Assembly (NCBI GenBank): GCA_963704885.1
Contig: CAVPIB010000004.1
Location: 384,001-448,000 of the forward strand
DNA from: an uncultured Actinomycetes bacterium
GTDB lineage: Bacteria; Actinomycetota; UBA4738; HRBIN12
DNA length: 64,000 bases
Direction of reading: 5' to 3'
Shown piece after piece: positions 18,225-29,227 of this stretch (positions are counted from its first letter, which is position 1; every line of letters starts with the position of its first letter). The notes beneath the pieces were generated by a model, which was not told where the DNA came from, searched no databases, and worked only from the letters and a program-made list of their open reading frames with translations. The translations under genes and the position numbers were made by a program.

Positions 18225-19541
18225 TCACGACCTGACGAACTCCCGGACCGCCGCGAACCCCTGCTCATCGACGAGCGCCCTTACGATCGTTCCCTCTCCG
18301 TCGGTCTCGGTCCCGAGCACCTCCGCTTCACGATAGAGGCGCGCGGTGACGTCTTCGCGCCCCCAAGGCACGAGCAACGTGACCTCGAGCGGCGGATGCG
18401 GGACGGCCTCCTCCACGACGACCAGCAGCTCCTCGGCTCCCTCACCCGTGAGTGCTGAGACCGCGACCGATCCCGGGAAGCGTCGGGCCAGGCGCGCTCG
18501 TTCCGAGCCTGCGACCTGGTCGATCTTGTTGAGGGCCAGCACCTGTGGGATTTCGGCCGCGCCGATCTCGTCGAGCACCCGGTGGACCGCCTCGATCTGC
18601 GAGTCGATGGCCGCGGAGGACGCGTCGGCGACGTGAAGGATGACGTCGCCCAGTGCGACCTCCTCGAGCGTCGAGCGGAACGCCTCGACCAGGTCGTGTG
18701 GCAGTTTGTTCACGAACCCGACCGTGTCGGAGAGCGTGGCGGCGCGGCCACTCGGAAGCTCCAGGCGCCGCACGGTAGGATCGAGGGTGGCGAAGAGCTG
18801 GTCCGCTACCACCACCCGAGCGCCGGTCAGGAGGTTCAGCAACGTCGACTTGCCGGCGTTCGTGTAGCCGGCGATCGCGATCTGCGGCACGTTCCTTCCA
18901 CGCCGGCGCGCGCCCTTGACGTCGCGGGTCCGGGTCATGTCCTTGATGTCGCGACGGAGCTTCGTCATCCGTCGGCGGATGTGCTGGCGGTCGACCTCCA
19001 TCTTCGTCTCACCGGGACCCCGGGTGCCGATGCCACCGCCCAGCCTCGACATAGCCTCGCCCCAGCCACGCAGTCGTGGCAGGAGGTAGTTGAGCTGGGC
19101 GAGCTCCACCTGGACCCGCCCCTCTCGCGACCGGGCGTGCAGCGCGAAGATGTCTAGGATCAAAGCGGTCCGGTCGATGACCTTCACGCCCAAGCGCTCC
19201 TCCAGCGTGCGCAGCTGCCCGGGAGAGAGCTCCTGATCCAAGATCACCGCGTCCGCCCCCGCGGAGTGGACGGTGTCGTGGAGCTCTTTCAGCTTGCCCT
19301 TCCCCACGTACGTGCTGGGATCGGGCTCCGCGCGGTTCTGAACCACACGGGCGATCGGATCCGCTCCCGCCGAATCTGCCAGGGCGGCCAGCTCGTCCAG
19401 ATCCTCCTCCGCGATCCCCTTCCCGACTCCGACAAGGACGGCCCTTTCTCGAACCGCGGGCCGCCATGTGGCAGAAAGCGGCGACTCCAGCACGCGCTTG
19501 CGAGACGTTGACGGACGCGTCGGCGAGCCCTCTGGAGCCAT
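18225..19541 (-). CDS. hflX: GTPase HflX
   Basis: GIGTRGPGETK, GYTNAGKS, FATLD, DTVGF and NKID. Confidence 0.95.
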   Translation of the reverse strand: MAPEGSPTRPSTSRKRVLESPLSATWRPAVRERAVLVGVGKGIAEEDLDELAALADSAGADPIARVVQNRAEPDPSTYVGKGKLKELHDTVHSAGADAVILDQELSPGQLRTLEERLGVKVIDRTALILDIFALHARSREGRVQVELAQLNYLLPRLRGWGEAMSRLGGGIGTRGPGETKMEVDRQHIRRRMTKLRRDIKDMTRTRDVKGARRRGRNVPQIAIAGYTNAGKSTLLNLLTGARVVVADQLFATLDPTVRRLELPSGRAATLSDTVGFVNKLPHDLVEAFRSTLEEVALGDVILHVADASSAAIDSQIEAVHRVLDEIGAAEIPQVLALNKIDQVAGSERARLARRFPGSVAVSALTGEGAEELLVVVEEAVPHPPLEVTLLVPWGREDVTARLYREAEVLGTETDGEGTIVRALVDEQGFAAVREFVRS

Positions 19542-20374
19542 CACGACGCCCCGTCGGTGGGCAAGCCGAACTCCCTGAGCATGGCGTTCAACTGCACCTT
19601 GGCCTCGGTGCGGTCGTCTCGGTACCCGATGATCAGCCCGCACGGTAACCCGTAAGGCCCGGCGGGGAACTCGCGGGTGCGAGACCCCGGGACCACTACT
19701 GCTCGCGCCGGCACGCTCCCCCGCATCTCCACGGGTTCGGCTCCTGTCACATCGATGACCGGAACGCTCCCCGTGAGCACGACCCCCGGAGCGATCACGG
19801 CCTCGCGGCCGATCCGCACCCCTTCCACCAGCACGACCCGAGACCCGATGAAAGCGCCGTCCTCCACGATGACGGGCGCCGCCTGCAGCGGCTCCAGGAC
19901 GCCGCCGATGCCGACGCCTCCCGAGAGATGGACGTTCGCGCCTATCTGTGCGCACGACCCCACGGTGGCCCACGTATCGACCATGGTCCCGGGTCCCACC
20001 CAGGCTCCGATGTTCACGTAACTGGGCATCAGGATCACGCCCGGGGAAAGGAACGCCCCGCGGCGGGCCACAGCGGGCGGGACCACGCGGACGCCCGCCT
20101 CCTCGTAACCCGTCTTCAACGGCAGGCGGTCGTGATACTCGAACGGACCACACTCGAGCGTCTCGAGTCCGCGGACGCGGAAGTAGAGGAGCACGGCCTT
20201 CTTCACCCAGCCGTTGACCACCCACCCGGTGTCGGTCGGGTCCGCCACGCGGATGTGGCCTCGGTCGAGGAGGCCGATCGCCTCCTCGACGGCCCCGCCA
20301 TCCAACGCAGCGTCCGGGGCATCGAAGCTCGCCTCGATCCTGGCGGCAAGATCCGGGTATCGCTCGTCGCTCAC
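19541..20374 (-). CDS. dapD: Tetrahydrodipicolinate N-succinyltransferase
   Basis: WVKKAVLLYF, MPSYVNIGA, TWATVGSCAQIG and GGVLEPLQA. Confidence 0.93.
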   Translation of the reverse strand: MSDERYPDLAARIEASFDAPDAALDGGAVEEAIGLLDRGHIRVADPTDTGWVVNGWVKKAVLLYFRVRGLETLECGPFEYHDRLPLKTGYEEAGVRVVPPAVARRGAFLSPGVILMPSYVNIGAWVGPGTMVDTWATVGSCAQIGANVHLSGGVGIGGVLEPLQAAPVIVEDGAFIGSRVVLVEGVRIGREAVIAPGVVLTGSVPVIDVTGAEPVEMRGSVPARAVVVPGSRTREFPAGPYGLPCGLIIGYRDDRTEAKVQLNAMLREFGLPTDGAS

Positions 20375-21543
20375 GAGGTCACCGCCGGATCGGGAAGGAG
20401 GTCGAGGAGGATATCGGCGGCACGCCGGCATTCGTCAATCGTGGGCACCATGGCCATGCGAACGTAGCCCTCGCCCTCTGATCCGAAGTACGACCCAGGC
20501 GCGACCACGATCCCGTTCTCGAGCAGCTCTGAGCCCCAATCGGCGGATGGCCGCCCCGCGGGGACCTTCACCCAGAGGTAGAACGTCGCGACCGTCCCAG
20601 CCACCTGGATACCCTTCGTCCTGAACAGCTCCAGGAACAGGGCTCTCCTCTCCGCGTATCGGCCGCGCTGTTCCTCGACGTGGCGCTCGTCACTCCAGGC
20701 GGCCACCGAGGCGAGCTGGATGAACTCCTGGGGCGTCACGCCGACGGATGGGCGCTGCGCCTTCATGGCGGCGATCAGCTGGCGGTCCCCCGCCACGAAG
20801 CCCGAACGGTAGCCAGTCATCGACGACCGCTTGCTCAAGGTATTGATCGCGACCACGTTGGCGAGATCCCCGACCTGCAGGACTGATGGCGGCGGCCCCG
20901 ACTCGAACCACAGCTCGCTGTAGGCCTCGTCCGAAACCAGCAGGAACCCGTGCCGGCGGGCGAGCTCCGCGGCTCGCTCCAGGAACGGGAGCGTCGCGAC
21001 CGCACCCGTCGGATTGTTCGGGTAGTTGAGCCAAAGGATCGCGGTTCGATCCCACGTGGAATCGTCGACCCCTTCCAGGTCCGGCAGGAAGTCGTTCGCC
21101 TCCTCGAGCGGCAGGCGCATCACGTCGGCGCCCGTGGCTCTTGCTCCGCGCTCCGGGATGGCGTAGCCGGGCGCGGTTACGACCACGAGGTCGCGGCCGG
21201 CGGCGGGATCGACCACGGCCTGCGCCAGCGAGTAGATCGGCTCCTTGCTCCCCATGGTCGGGAGCAGCTCCGTCGCGGGATCCATGTTCACCCCGAACCG
21301 ACCTCGAACCCACCCGGTTATCGCCTCACGTAGCTCGGGGAGTCCCGCCGCCCGCGGGTAGGACGACACGGGTGTGATCGCATCCTTCAGCGCGTCGCGG
21401 ATGAACCCAGGCGTCTCGTCGCGAGGATCGCCCACACCGAAGTCGATCAGTTCGCGCCCGGCGTCGAGCGCCGCCCGCTTCCGTCGATCGAGCTCTTCGA
21501 ACGGGTACGGCTCAACGTCGCGGATCGACGGTGCCAGATGCAT
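20371..21543 (-). CDS. dapC: Succinyldiaminopimelate aminotransferase (class I/II PLP)
   Basis: NYPNNPTG, SDEAYSE and LSKRSSMTGYRSG; lies in the dap cluster. Confidence 0.85.
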   Translation of the reverse strand: MHLAPSIRDVEPYPFEELDRRKRAALDAGRELIDFGVGDPRDETPGFIRDALKDAITPVSSYPRAAGLPELREAITGWVRGRFGVNMDPATELLPTMGSKEPIYSLAQAVVDPAAGRDLVVVTAPGYAIPERGARATGADVMRLPLEEANDFLPDLEGVDDSTWDRTAILWLNYPNNPTGAVATLPFLERAAELARRHGFLLVSDEAYSELWFESGPPPSVLQVGDLANVVAINTLSKRSSMTGYRSGFVAGDRQLIAAMKAQRPSVGVTPQEFIQLASVAAWSDERHVEEQRGRYAERRALFLELFRTKGIQVAGTVATFYLWVKVPAGRPSADWGSELLENGIVVAPGSYFGSEGEGYVRMAMVPTIDECRRAADILLDLLPDPAVTS

Positions 21544-22652
21544 CAACCGACCTCCTGTGCCGCGAGGAAAGCCCGCAGCACCTCGTAGGAACGGACCAGC
21601 GCCTGCGCTTCCACACGCTCGTCGTCCCGATGAGCGTACTGCGGGTCGCCAGGTCCGAAGTTGATCGCGTCCACACCGACCGTGGCAAACTCCGCGACCG
21701 GGGTCCACGCCTGCTTCGGTCCGATCGACAGCTCCCCGGCCAAGCGGAGTCTCGATACGAGCGGGTTGCGGAGGGCGACAGGCCCCGGCGGCGCGTTCCC
21801 GACAACTTCGAGCTCCGCGGTAGGGTGGGAGATGAGCTCGCGCAGGCGGGCCTCAGCCTCGACGGGCGAGCGGGTGGGGGCGTACCGGAAGTTGATGCGC
21901 GCCTCGACCCGGTCCGGAACGACGTTGCCGGCGATCCCGCCCTCGATGGAGGTGACGCTTATGACTTCGCGGTACGTCAGACCGTCTATCTCGACGTCTC
22001 GGGGCGGAAGGTCCGAGAGCGGGCCGAGAGCTTCGATCGCCGAATGGATGGCGTTGCGGCCGAGCCACGGCCTTGCCGTGTGGGCGGCCTCCCCTCGGAT
22101 CGAGAGCCGCGCGTTCAGGTTGCCCAGGCATCCCACCTCGATCGCGTTCGCCGTGGGCTCCATCACGATCGCAAGATCCACGGACCGGGCGCTCTCACAC
22201 CGATCCAGCAGGGGCAGCAAGGCGCTCTCCGAGATGGGAAGCTCCTCGCGGCCGAAGAAGAGGAACCCCACGTCGAGTTCCCCTGCGCGCGGCGCCTGAG
22301 CGATCGAGAGGGCTACCTCCACCATCACCGCCAACCCTCCCTTCATGTCGGCCGCCCCCCGCCCGAAGATCGTGGCGCCCTCGAGGCGGGGAGGAGGGGT
22401 CGCATTGGGTGGGACCGTGTCTACGTGGCCAGCCAGGACCACCAGGGGAACACCGGCGCGTCGGCGCTCAGGGACGAAGAATGCGACGCCGTTACCTCCG
22501 TCCATGAGGACGAACCGTTCGACCGGCATGAGGTCGGCCACCACGCGGAGGAGGGCGTCCTCATCACCGCTCACCGAAGGGATGTCCACGAACGCCAGGG
22601 TCCGTGCGGCCAGTCGCTCCTTCAGCTCGCGATCGGCTTGGGCTCCGATCAC
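21543..22652 (-). CDS. dapE: Succinyl-diaminopimelate desuccinylase
   Basis: GHVDTVP, GRGAADMKGG, EE, AHTARPWLG and AH..DE. Confidence 0.9.
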   Translation of the reverse strand: MIGAQADRELKERLAARTLAFVDIPSVSGDEDALLRVVADLMPVERFVLMDGGNGVAFFVPERRRAGVPLVVLAGHVDTVPPNATPPPRLEGATIFGRGAADMKGGLAVMVEVALSIAQAPRAGELDVGFLFFGREELPISESALLPLLDRCESARSVDLAIVMEPTANAIEVGCLGNLNARLSIRGEAAHTARPWLGRNAIHSAIEALGPLSDLPPRDVEIDGLTYREVISVTSIEGGIAGNVVPDRVEARINFRYAPTRSPVEAEARLRELISHPTAELEVVGNAPPGPVALRNPLVSRLRLAGELSIGPKQAWTPVAEFATVGVDAINFGPGDPQYAHRDDERVEAQALVRSYEVLRAFLAAQEVG

Positions 22653-23530
22653 GCCGGGCCGGAGCTCCGCAAGGCGTCCAGATCGACCACGCCCTCGAAG
22701 ACGCGCTCCACCGCACCCGTAAGCAAGACGTTGCCGTCGTCCATCCGCTCAACCTCGAGCCGTCCCCCTGGGAAACGGACCGTGGTTCGCCGTGGCACCA
22801 GCCCGGCCTCGTTCGCCGCGACGGCGACGGCGCACGCGCCGCTGCCGCAGGCCATGGTCTCTCCTGATCCGCGTTCCCAGACGCGGGCTCGGATCTCTGT
22901 GTCTAGGACCTGCGCGAACTCCACGTTCGTGTGCTCGGGGAACAGCTCGTGTCGCTCCAGGACGGGGCCGACGTGGGACACGTGGAACCGGTCGGGATCG
23001 TCCTCGACGAATAGCACCAGGTGAGGATTCCCCATGGATAGCGCGCTCGCCTTCAAGGTCATGCCACCGCCGATATCGAACGGCTCGCCCAGGAACGTCT
23101 CCCAAGCCGGCCCTCGCATCGGGATGGCCGCCTTCGCGAACGCGGGCGCGCCCATCTCCACCGTCACTCGCCGCACCTCACCCTCGTCGGGGTGCAGGCG
23201 CAACCCCCGGACCTGTTCCCCAACCACGATCACGAGAGAGCGCCCGTCCCACAGACCCAGGTCGCCGACCAACTTGCCCACGCATCGCGCCCCGTTGCCG
23301 CACATCTCGGCGGTGCTGCCGTCTGCGTTGCGATAGTCCATCTCGAACGCCGCGTCCTCGCGGCCGCTCCGCACGACGCGGATCAGGCCGTCGGCCCCGA
23401 TCCCCGTTCGTCGGTCGCAGAGCCTCTTGACGATATCCGCGTCGAGGCGTCTCTCATCGTCGAGGTCGACGACCATAACGAAGTCGTTCCCCGTGCCCTG
23501 GTACTTGGCGAAGCGGAGCTCGTCGGTCAC
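22649..23530 (-). CDS. dapF: Diaminopimelate epimerase
   Basis: KYQGTGNDF, MCGNG, GNPH and ERGSGETMACGSG. Confidence 0.96.
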   Translation of the reverse strand: MTDELRFAKYQGTGNDFVMVVDLDDERRLDADIVKRLCDRRTGIGADGLIRVVRSGREDAAFEMDYRNADGSTAEMCGNGARCVGKLVGDLGLWDGRSLVIVVGEQVRGLRLHPDEGEVRRVTVEMGAPAFAKAAIPMRGPAWETFLGEPFDIGGGMTLKASALSMGNPHLVLFVEDDPDRFHVSHVGPVLERHELFPEHTNVEFAQVLDTEIRARVWERGSGETMACGSGACAVAVAANEAGLVPRRTTVRFPGGRLEVERMDDGNVLLTGAVERVFEGVVDLDALRSSGPA

Positions 23531-24450
23531 GCGTCCTCCAGGTACGCCCGCATGGGTTCAACGGCTTCGGCGGCGCCTTGCTCCCCTACGTCGAACCAAC
23601 GGATCCGTGGATCGCGGCGGAACCACGCCATCTGACGTCGGGCGAGGTTGCCGGTGCGCTTCACGATCACCTCGACCGCTTCTGCGAGCGTCATGTCTCC
23701 CCGTAGATGTCGGGCCAACTCAGCGTAGCCGATGGCCTGGCTAGAGGTGAGCCATCCGCCGAAACCTCGCTCCACGAGGGTTCGCACCTCGTCGAGCCAG
23801 CCGCGTTCGAACATGGCGTCCACGCGCCGCCCGATCCGCCCGGTCAGCACGTCACGGTTCATCCGGACGCCGGCAACCCTGACCGCCTCCGACGGATACC
23901 GCTCCCACGCTTGTCCGAACGTGGAGAACGGTCGACCCGTCAAAGCCGCGACCTCGAGCGCACGCACGATCCGTCGCACGTTCCCGGGTTCGATCCTTCC
24001 TGCCGCCACCGGATCCAGGGCCGCGAGTCGCTCGTACAAGCGGGCGGCCCCCAAGGCCGAAGCCTGGAGTTCGAGGTCCGCCCTGGTCGAGGCGTCGGTG
24101 CCGGGGAACTCCAGATCATCCACCACGGCGCGCAGGTACAGCCCCGACCCTCCGACCAGGATCGCCCGGGCGCCTCGACCCTCGATCCCGCCGACGGCCG
24201 CCCTCGCCTCGCGCTGGAAGGCGGCCACCGAGAACGGTTCGGAGGGTTCCACCAGATCGATCAGGTGATGGCGAACGCGAGCGCGATCGTCTGAGGTCGG
24301 CTTGGCGGTCCCGACGTCCATGCCCCGATACACGAGCATGGAATCCACCGAGACGATCTCGGCTCCGAGTGCCTCGGCGATGGCCAGCCCCGCCTCGGTC
24401 TTCCCGGATGCCGTCGGTCCCACGAGGGCGAGGAGAGGCGCGCCGGGCAC
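23527..24450 (-). CDS. miaA: tRNA dimethylallyltransferase
   Basis: GPTASGKT, DSMLVYRGMDVGTAKP and ARRQMAWF. Confidence 0.96.
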   Translation of the reverse strand: MPGAPLLALVGPTASGKTEAGLAIAEALGAEIVSVDSMLVYRGMDVGTAKPTSDDRARVRHHLIDLVEPSEPFSVAAFQREARAAVGGIEGRGARAILVGGSGLYLRAVVDDLEFPGTDASTRADLELQASALGAARLYERLAALDPVAAGRIEPGNVRRIVRALEVAALTGRPFSTFGQAWERYPSEAVRVAGVRMNRDVLTGRIGRRVDAMFERGWLDEVRTLVERGFGGWLTSSQAIGYAELARHLRGDMTLAEAVEVIVKRTGNLARRQMAWFRRDPRIRWFDVGEQGAAEAVEPMRAYLEDA

Positions 24451-24459
24451 GGCAGGACC

Positions 24460-25803
24460 TCACACCGCGATCGGTTCGGGCGCGGCAACCAGCTCCCCCG
24501 TCAAGCGGTGTGCGGCTGCCTCCGTTATCCGAGCCCAAACGAACGTACCCGGCTCGAGCTGATCGGGCAGGTGCACGATCCGATTCGTCCGCGTCCTCGC
24601 CTGGATGGAAGGACCGCGTTTACCGGCGCCCTCCACCAAGACCTCGAACCTGCGCCCCACCTGCTCACGGGCGCGCTCCAAAGAGATGCGCTCCTGGATC
24701 GCAGCCAGCCGATCGAACCGCTCCTGAACGACATCCTTCGGGACCTGCTCCGCGAAACCCGCTGCCCGGGTGCCCGGTCGCGGCGAGTACTGGAACATGT
24801 AGGCGCTATCGAACCGGGCACGTTCGACGACGTCGAGGGTGCAGAGGAAGTCGTCCTCGGTCTCACCGGGGAACCCCACTATGACGTCGGTGGAAACGGC
24901 GATATCGGGGATGGCAGAGCGGATCCGTTCCAACCACCCCAAGTACCTGTCGCGCCGGTACGACCGCTTCATCGCCTCGAGCACCCGATCCGATCCCGAC
25001 TGCAGCGGGAAGTGGATGTGCTCGCAGACCGACGGTGTCGCCACCATGGCGTCGATCACGTCCGGGGTGAAATCGTGTGGATGAGGTGAGGTGAACCGCA
25101 CACGCCGGATCCCATCGATCGCGCCGACCTCGCGGAGGAGGTCCGCGAACAGAGGCCTGCGCGAGGATCCCGGCACGGTGAGGTCGCGGCCGAACGTGTT
25201 CACGTTCTGTCCGAGCAGGGTGATCTCGACGACGCCGCGGCGGGCCAGCCCTTGGACCTCGGCCAGGATGTCTCCGATCGTCCGCGATCGCTGTGGCCCC
25301 CGGACCAGCGGGACGATGCAGAACGTGCATGCGTTGTCGCATCCCGGTGCGATGGAGACCCACGCGCGGAAGTTGTCGTGACGCGCCGCAGGAAGGGCAC
25401 CGGGGAAGACCTCGGTAGCCTCCCTGACGTCCATCTGCGGACCGTCGTGCTCCGCGGCGGCCAGCAGTTCGAGCAGCTGCGGCAGCGCGTGTGTGCCCAC
25501 GACCACGTCGACCCACGGTGCTCGAGCCTGGATCGCCCCCTGATCCTTCTGCGCCAAGCAGCCGGCCACGACGATCCGCAGACCCGGGTGCCGTTCCTTC
25601 AGCGGTTTCAGATGCCCTAGGTTGCCGTAGAGACGGTTGTCGGCGTTCTCGCGGATCGCGCACGTATTGAATACGACCACACCTGCCTGATCGAGGTCTT
25701 CGGTGGGCGTCATGCCGTCGCCCATCAACAACCCCGCGATCTTCTCCGAGTCATGCTCGTTCATCTGACACCCGAAGGTGCGGATCAGATAGGTCCGTTC
25801 CAT
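24460..25803 (-). CDS. miaB: tRNA methylthiotransferase MiaB
   Basis: TFGCQMN, CDNACTFC radical-SAM motif and TRAM domain. Confidence 0.96.
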   Translation of the reverse strand: MERTYLIRTFGCQMNEHDSEKIAGLLMGDGMTPTEDLDQAGVVVFNTCAIRENADNRLYGNLGHLKPLKERHPGLRIVVAGCLAQKDQGAIQARAPWVDVVVGTHALPQLLELLAAAEHDGPQMDVREATEVFPGALPAARHDNFRAWVSIAPGCDNACTFCIVPLVRGPQRSRTIGDILAEVQGLARRGVVEITLLGQNVNTFGRDLTVPGSSRRPLFADLLREVGAIDGIRRVRFTSPHPHDFTPDVIDAMVATPSVCEHIHFPLQSGSDRVLEAMKRSYRRDRYLGWLERIRSAIPDIAVSTDVIVGFPGETEDDFLCTLDVVERARFDSAYMFQYSPRPGTRAAGFAEQVPKDVVQERFDRLAAIQERISLERAREQVGRRFEVLVEGAGKRGPSIQARTRTNRIVHLPDQLEPGTFVWARITEAAAHRLTGELVAAPEPIAV

Positions 25804-25828
25804 GTGGATCGAGGCTACCGGACGGACG

Positions 25829-27361
25829 TCACTTGGCGTACTCCACCGCTCGGGTCTCGCGCACCACGGTGATCTTGATCTGGCCTGGGTACTGAAGCTC
25901 CTCCTCCACCTGCTTCGCGATATCCCGCGCGATCATCTGGGCCTGGACGTCGTCCACGTCCTCGGGCACCACCATCACGCGAACCTCCCGCCCCGCCTGC
26001 ATGGCGAACGTCTTCTCCACGCCTGGCTGCGCCGTGCAGATCTCCTCCAGCCGCTCGAGGCGCTTCACGTAGGTCTCGAGCGACTCGCGGCGTGCGCCCG
26101 GACGCCCGCCGCTGATGGAGTCGGCGATCTGCGCCAGGACGGCATCGACCGAATGCTGCTCAACCTCACCATGATGAGACTCGATGCAGTGGACGACCTC
26201 TGGGCTTTCCTTCATCCGGCGCGCGATCTCGGCGCCGATGATGGCGTGAGATCCCTCGATCTCGTGCGTGACCGCCTTCCCGACATCGTGCAGGAACGCC
26301 CCCCGCTTGGCGATGGTCCCATCCACACCGATCTCGGCCGCCAAGGAAGCCGCGATGTGCGCGGACTCCACCAGATGCTTCAACACGTTCTGCCCATACG
26401 AGGTCCGGTATTGGAGACGTCCGAGCAGCTTGATCATCTCGGGGTGGATGTCCGTGATCCCAACCTCCGCGACGGCGTCCTCACCGGCGCGGTGGATCCG
26501 CTCCTCCAACTCGCGCAGCGATCGCTCGTGCACCTCCTCGATCCGGGCCGGGTGGATCCTGCCGTCGGCCACGAGCTTCTCCAAGCTCATCCGCGCCGCC
26601 TCTCGACGCACCGGGTCGAAGCACGACAGCACCACGGCCTCGGGCGTGTCGTCCACGATCAGGTTCACTCCCGTGGTCGCCTCGAACGCCCGGATGTTCC
26701 GGCCCTCCCGGCCGATGATGCGGCCTTTCATATCGTCGCTTGGCAACGCGAAGACCGAGACGGTCGATTCCGCCGTCTGCTCGGAGGCGACGCGCTGGAT
26801 CGCGATCGTCACGATCTTGCGGGCCCGCTCCTCGCCGTCCTCGCGCGCCCGCTGTTCGATCTCGCGCACCTGGCTCATAGCCGCCCGCTTCGCCTCCTCC
26901 AGGACCTGGGCCATCAGGTGATCTCGAGCCTCGCTCGAGGTCATACTGGCTATGCGCTCGAGCTGGGCTCTGTGTTGCTCGGCCGACTTCTCCAACTGTT
27001 CTCTGACGTACTGCAGCTTCTCGTCACGCTCGCTCAGCTCCGCCGCCTTCGCCTCCACCCCGCTCGCCTGCTTGCGGAGATCGGCCTCGAACTCCGCCAT
27101 CCGGCGCTCCAGACGCGTGACCTCTTCGCGCCGCGCGCGGACGTCTTCCTCGGTCTCCCGGCGGATCGTCGCGGCTTCTTCGCGGGCCTGCTGGATCGCC
27201 TCGACCCGAGTTGCATCGGCCTCGCGTTCGGCTTGCAGCATCGACTTCTGGGCACGCGCCTCGACGCTCTGAGCGTTCGAGGTGGCCATCGCCTTGCGGA
27301 TCAGGAACCCCACGGCGATCCCCGCCACCAGGGCGACGACGCCGACCACAACTGGCTCCAT
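25829..27361 (-). CDS. rny: Ribonuclease Y
   Basis: N-terminal TM, coiled coil, KH ([13 protein letters not shown]) and HD (LHDVGK); GGAGG SD. Confidence 0.96.
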   Translation of the reverse strand: MEPVVVGVVALVAGIAVGFLIRKAMATSNAQSVEARAQKSMLQAEREADATRVEAIQQAREEAATIRRETEEDVRARREEVTRLERRMAEFEADLRKQASGVEAKAAELSERDEKLQYVREQLEKSAEQHRAQLERIASMTSSEARDHLMAQVLEEAKRAAMSQVREIEQRAREDGEERARKIVTIAIQRVASEQTAESTVSVFALPSDDMKGRIIGREGRNIRAFEATTGVNLIVDDTPEAVVLSCFDPVRREAARMSLEKLVADGRIHPARIEEVHERSLRELEERIHRAGEDAVAEVGITDIHPEMIKLLGRLQYRTSYGQNVLKHLVESAHIAASLAAEIGVDGTIAKRGAFLHDVGKAVTHEIEGSHAIIGAEIARRMKESPEVVHCIESHHGEVEQHSVDAVLAQIADSISGGRPGARRESLETYVKRLERLEEICTAQPGVEKTFAMQAGREVRVMVVPEDVDDVQAQMIARDIAKQVEEELQYPGQIKITVVRETRAVEYAK

Positions 27362-27380
27362 CGTTCCTCCCAACACACGT

Positions 27381-27580
27381 TGAACGCGTCTTGAGAGAAG
27401 AACCCGAAGGTCCCGCCGTTCGTTAGGGGACGGTGTGCGCGAGCACGGTCACGGTGCGCTATCGGCAAGGGGCGCCGGACGCGCCGCGGTTCGTCGGTCC
27501 TTGGTCGTTCGGTCGGTCGGACTCGCTCACATGGCCTCGTTGTTGAACGTCGGATCTTCGTGCGTTCCTCTCGTGTTCAC
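27381..27580 (-). ncRNA. 6S-like rod-shaped RNA candidate (or structured rny leader)
   Basis: Five nested end-to-end helices found by eye, with a ~13x12-nt internal bubble; TAGCAT (-10) immediately upstream on the minus strand. Confidence 0.6.
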
Positions 27581-28113
27581 GATGCTACGGCCGCTTGGTC
27601 CAGGAGGCAAGGCCGGGTCGTCGTTAGAGGGTCGAGCGCGAGCGCCCGGCGGGCCGCCCCGCGGGCTACCTCCGGCCCGAAGCCGCGTCGCATCAACAGG
27701 GACGTGAGGCGGGAGAACCCCTTCTGAGGGTCGATGGAGCGCATCCGCGCCGCCCTGCTCGCCGCCAAGGCGTCCGCTCGTGCCTCCTCCTCCTCGGCAT
27801 GCGGATCCACCGTCTCGTCGATGATCTCGCGATCCACTCCGGCCGCCGCGAGCGCGCCGGACACCGCTCGCACGCCCGAACGCTTCACCCCGAAGGCGTG
27901 CTCGGCCAGCTGTCGCGCGAACGCTCGATCGTCCACGAGCCGCACCCGCTCGAGCCGCTCTAGGACCTCACCCACCTCGGTGGAGTCGAAGCCAGCCTGC
28001 AGGAGACGTCGCTCCAATTCCCGGCGGCTACGCGCGCGCACCGCGAGCAAGCCCAGCGCGCGCTCGTGGCAACTCTTTGGATGCTTGGGCTTCCGCGAAG
28101 ACGGAGAGGCCAC
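27577..28113 (-). CDS. recX: Regulatory protein RecX
   Basis: ALGLLAVRARSRREL, LVDDRAFA and LMRRGF; directly downstream of recA. Confidence 0.9.
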   Translation of the reverse strand: MASPSSRKPKHPKSCHERALGLLAVRARSRRELERRLLQAGFDSTEVGEVLERLERVRLVDDRAFARQLAEHAFGVKRSGVRAVSGALAAAGVDREIIDETVDPHAEEEEARADALAASRAARMRSIDPQKGFSRLTSLLMRRGFGPEVARGAARRALALDPLTTTRPCLLDQAAVAS

Positions 28114-28120
28114 GACGGGC

Positions 28121-29227
28121 TCAGCCGTCGCCGTTGCGCGCCTTCGAGGCCTTCGCCGCGGCGGGGGCCGCAGGAGCCGCGTCCTCCAAGACTAGGTCAG
28201 GCACTATCTCGATCGGTGTCTCATCACCTTCGGTGCCGAAGGACGTGAGCCCGACGGCCTCGCGGACCTTCCGGTCGATCTCGTCGCGCATGTCGATGTG
28301 CTCGACGAGGAACTGCCGGGCGTTCTCGCGCCCCTGCCCCAGCTGCTCCCCTTCGTAGGTGAACCAGGCGCCCGACTTCTTGACGATCTCGAGATCGACA
28401 CCCACATCCAGCAGGGAACCCTCCTTAGAGATGCCCTTCCCGTACATGATGTCGAACTCGCACTGGCGGAACGGCGGGGCGACCTTGTTCTTCACGACCT
28501 TCACCCGCGTGCGCGAACCAACCACATCGGTACCGTCCTTCAGGTTCTCGATCTTCCGTACATCGAGACGTACGGACGAGTAGAACTTGAGGGCGCGGCC
28601 GCCGGGCGTGGTTTCTGGGCTTCCGAACATCACGCCGATCTTCTCGCGGAGCTGGTTGATGAAGATGGCGGACGTGTCGAACTTCGACAGGGTCCCCGCC
28701 AGCTTCCGCATGGCCTGAGACATCAGGCGGGCCTGCAGTCCGACGTGGGTGTCCCCCATCTCGCCTTCGATCTCGGCGCGCGGCACGAGGGCGGCCACCG
28801 AGTCGATGACCACGACGTCGAGGGCGGCCGAGCGGACCAGCATGTCGGCGATCTCGAGGGCCTGCTCGCCGGAGTCCGGCTGGGAGACCAGGAGCTCGTC
28901 GATGTTCACGCCGAGCTCACGGGCGTAGGTGGGATCGAGTGCGTGCTCCGCGTCGATGAAGGCAGCGATGCCGCCCTTGGCCTGTGCTTCGGCGATCATA
29001 TGGAGGCAGACCGTGGTCTTGCCCGAGCCCTCCGGTCCGAACACCTCGATGATGCGGCCGCGAGGGATGCCACCGACTCCGAGCGCGATGTCGAGCGCGA
29101 GGGATCCGGTGGGGATGACGGTGATGCCGGCGCCCATGGGGTGCTCCCCCAACTTCATGACAGCGCCCTTGCCGAACTGCTTCTCGATCTGCTGCAGCGT
29201 GACGTCGAGCATCTTGTCGCGATCCAT
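28121..29227 (-). CDS. recA: Recombinase RecA (no intein)
   Basis: [20 protein letters not shown] and GGRALKFY. Confidence 0.98.
   Translation of the reverse strand: MDRDKMLDVTLQQIEKQFGKGAVMKLGEHPMGAGITVIPTGSLALDIALGVGGIPRGRIIEVFGPEGSGKTTVCLHMIAEAQAKGGIAAFIDAEHALDPTYARELGVNIDELLVSQPDSGEQALEIADMLVRSAALDVVVIDSVAALVPRAEIEGEMGDTHVGLQARLMSQAMRKLAGTLSKFDTSAIFINQLREKIGVMFGSPETTPGGRALKFYSSVRLDVRKIENLKDGTDVVGSRTRVKVVKNKVAPPFRQCEFDIMYGKGISKEGSLLDVGVDLEIVKKSGAWFTYEGEQLGQGRENARQFLVEHIDMRDEIDRKVREAVGLTSFGTEGDETPIEIVPDLVLEDAAPAAPAAAKASKARNGDG

Noticed and set aside
12695-29227. Inteins or introns in nrdJ and recA; cobalamin riboswitch upstream of nrdJ
   Set aside because: Protein lengths and motifs are continuous with no insertion, and no cobalamin riboswitch-like sequence is visible.
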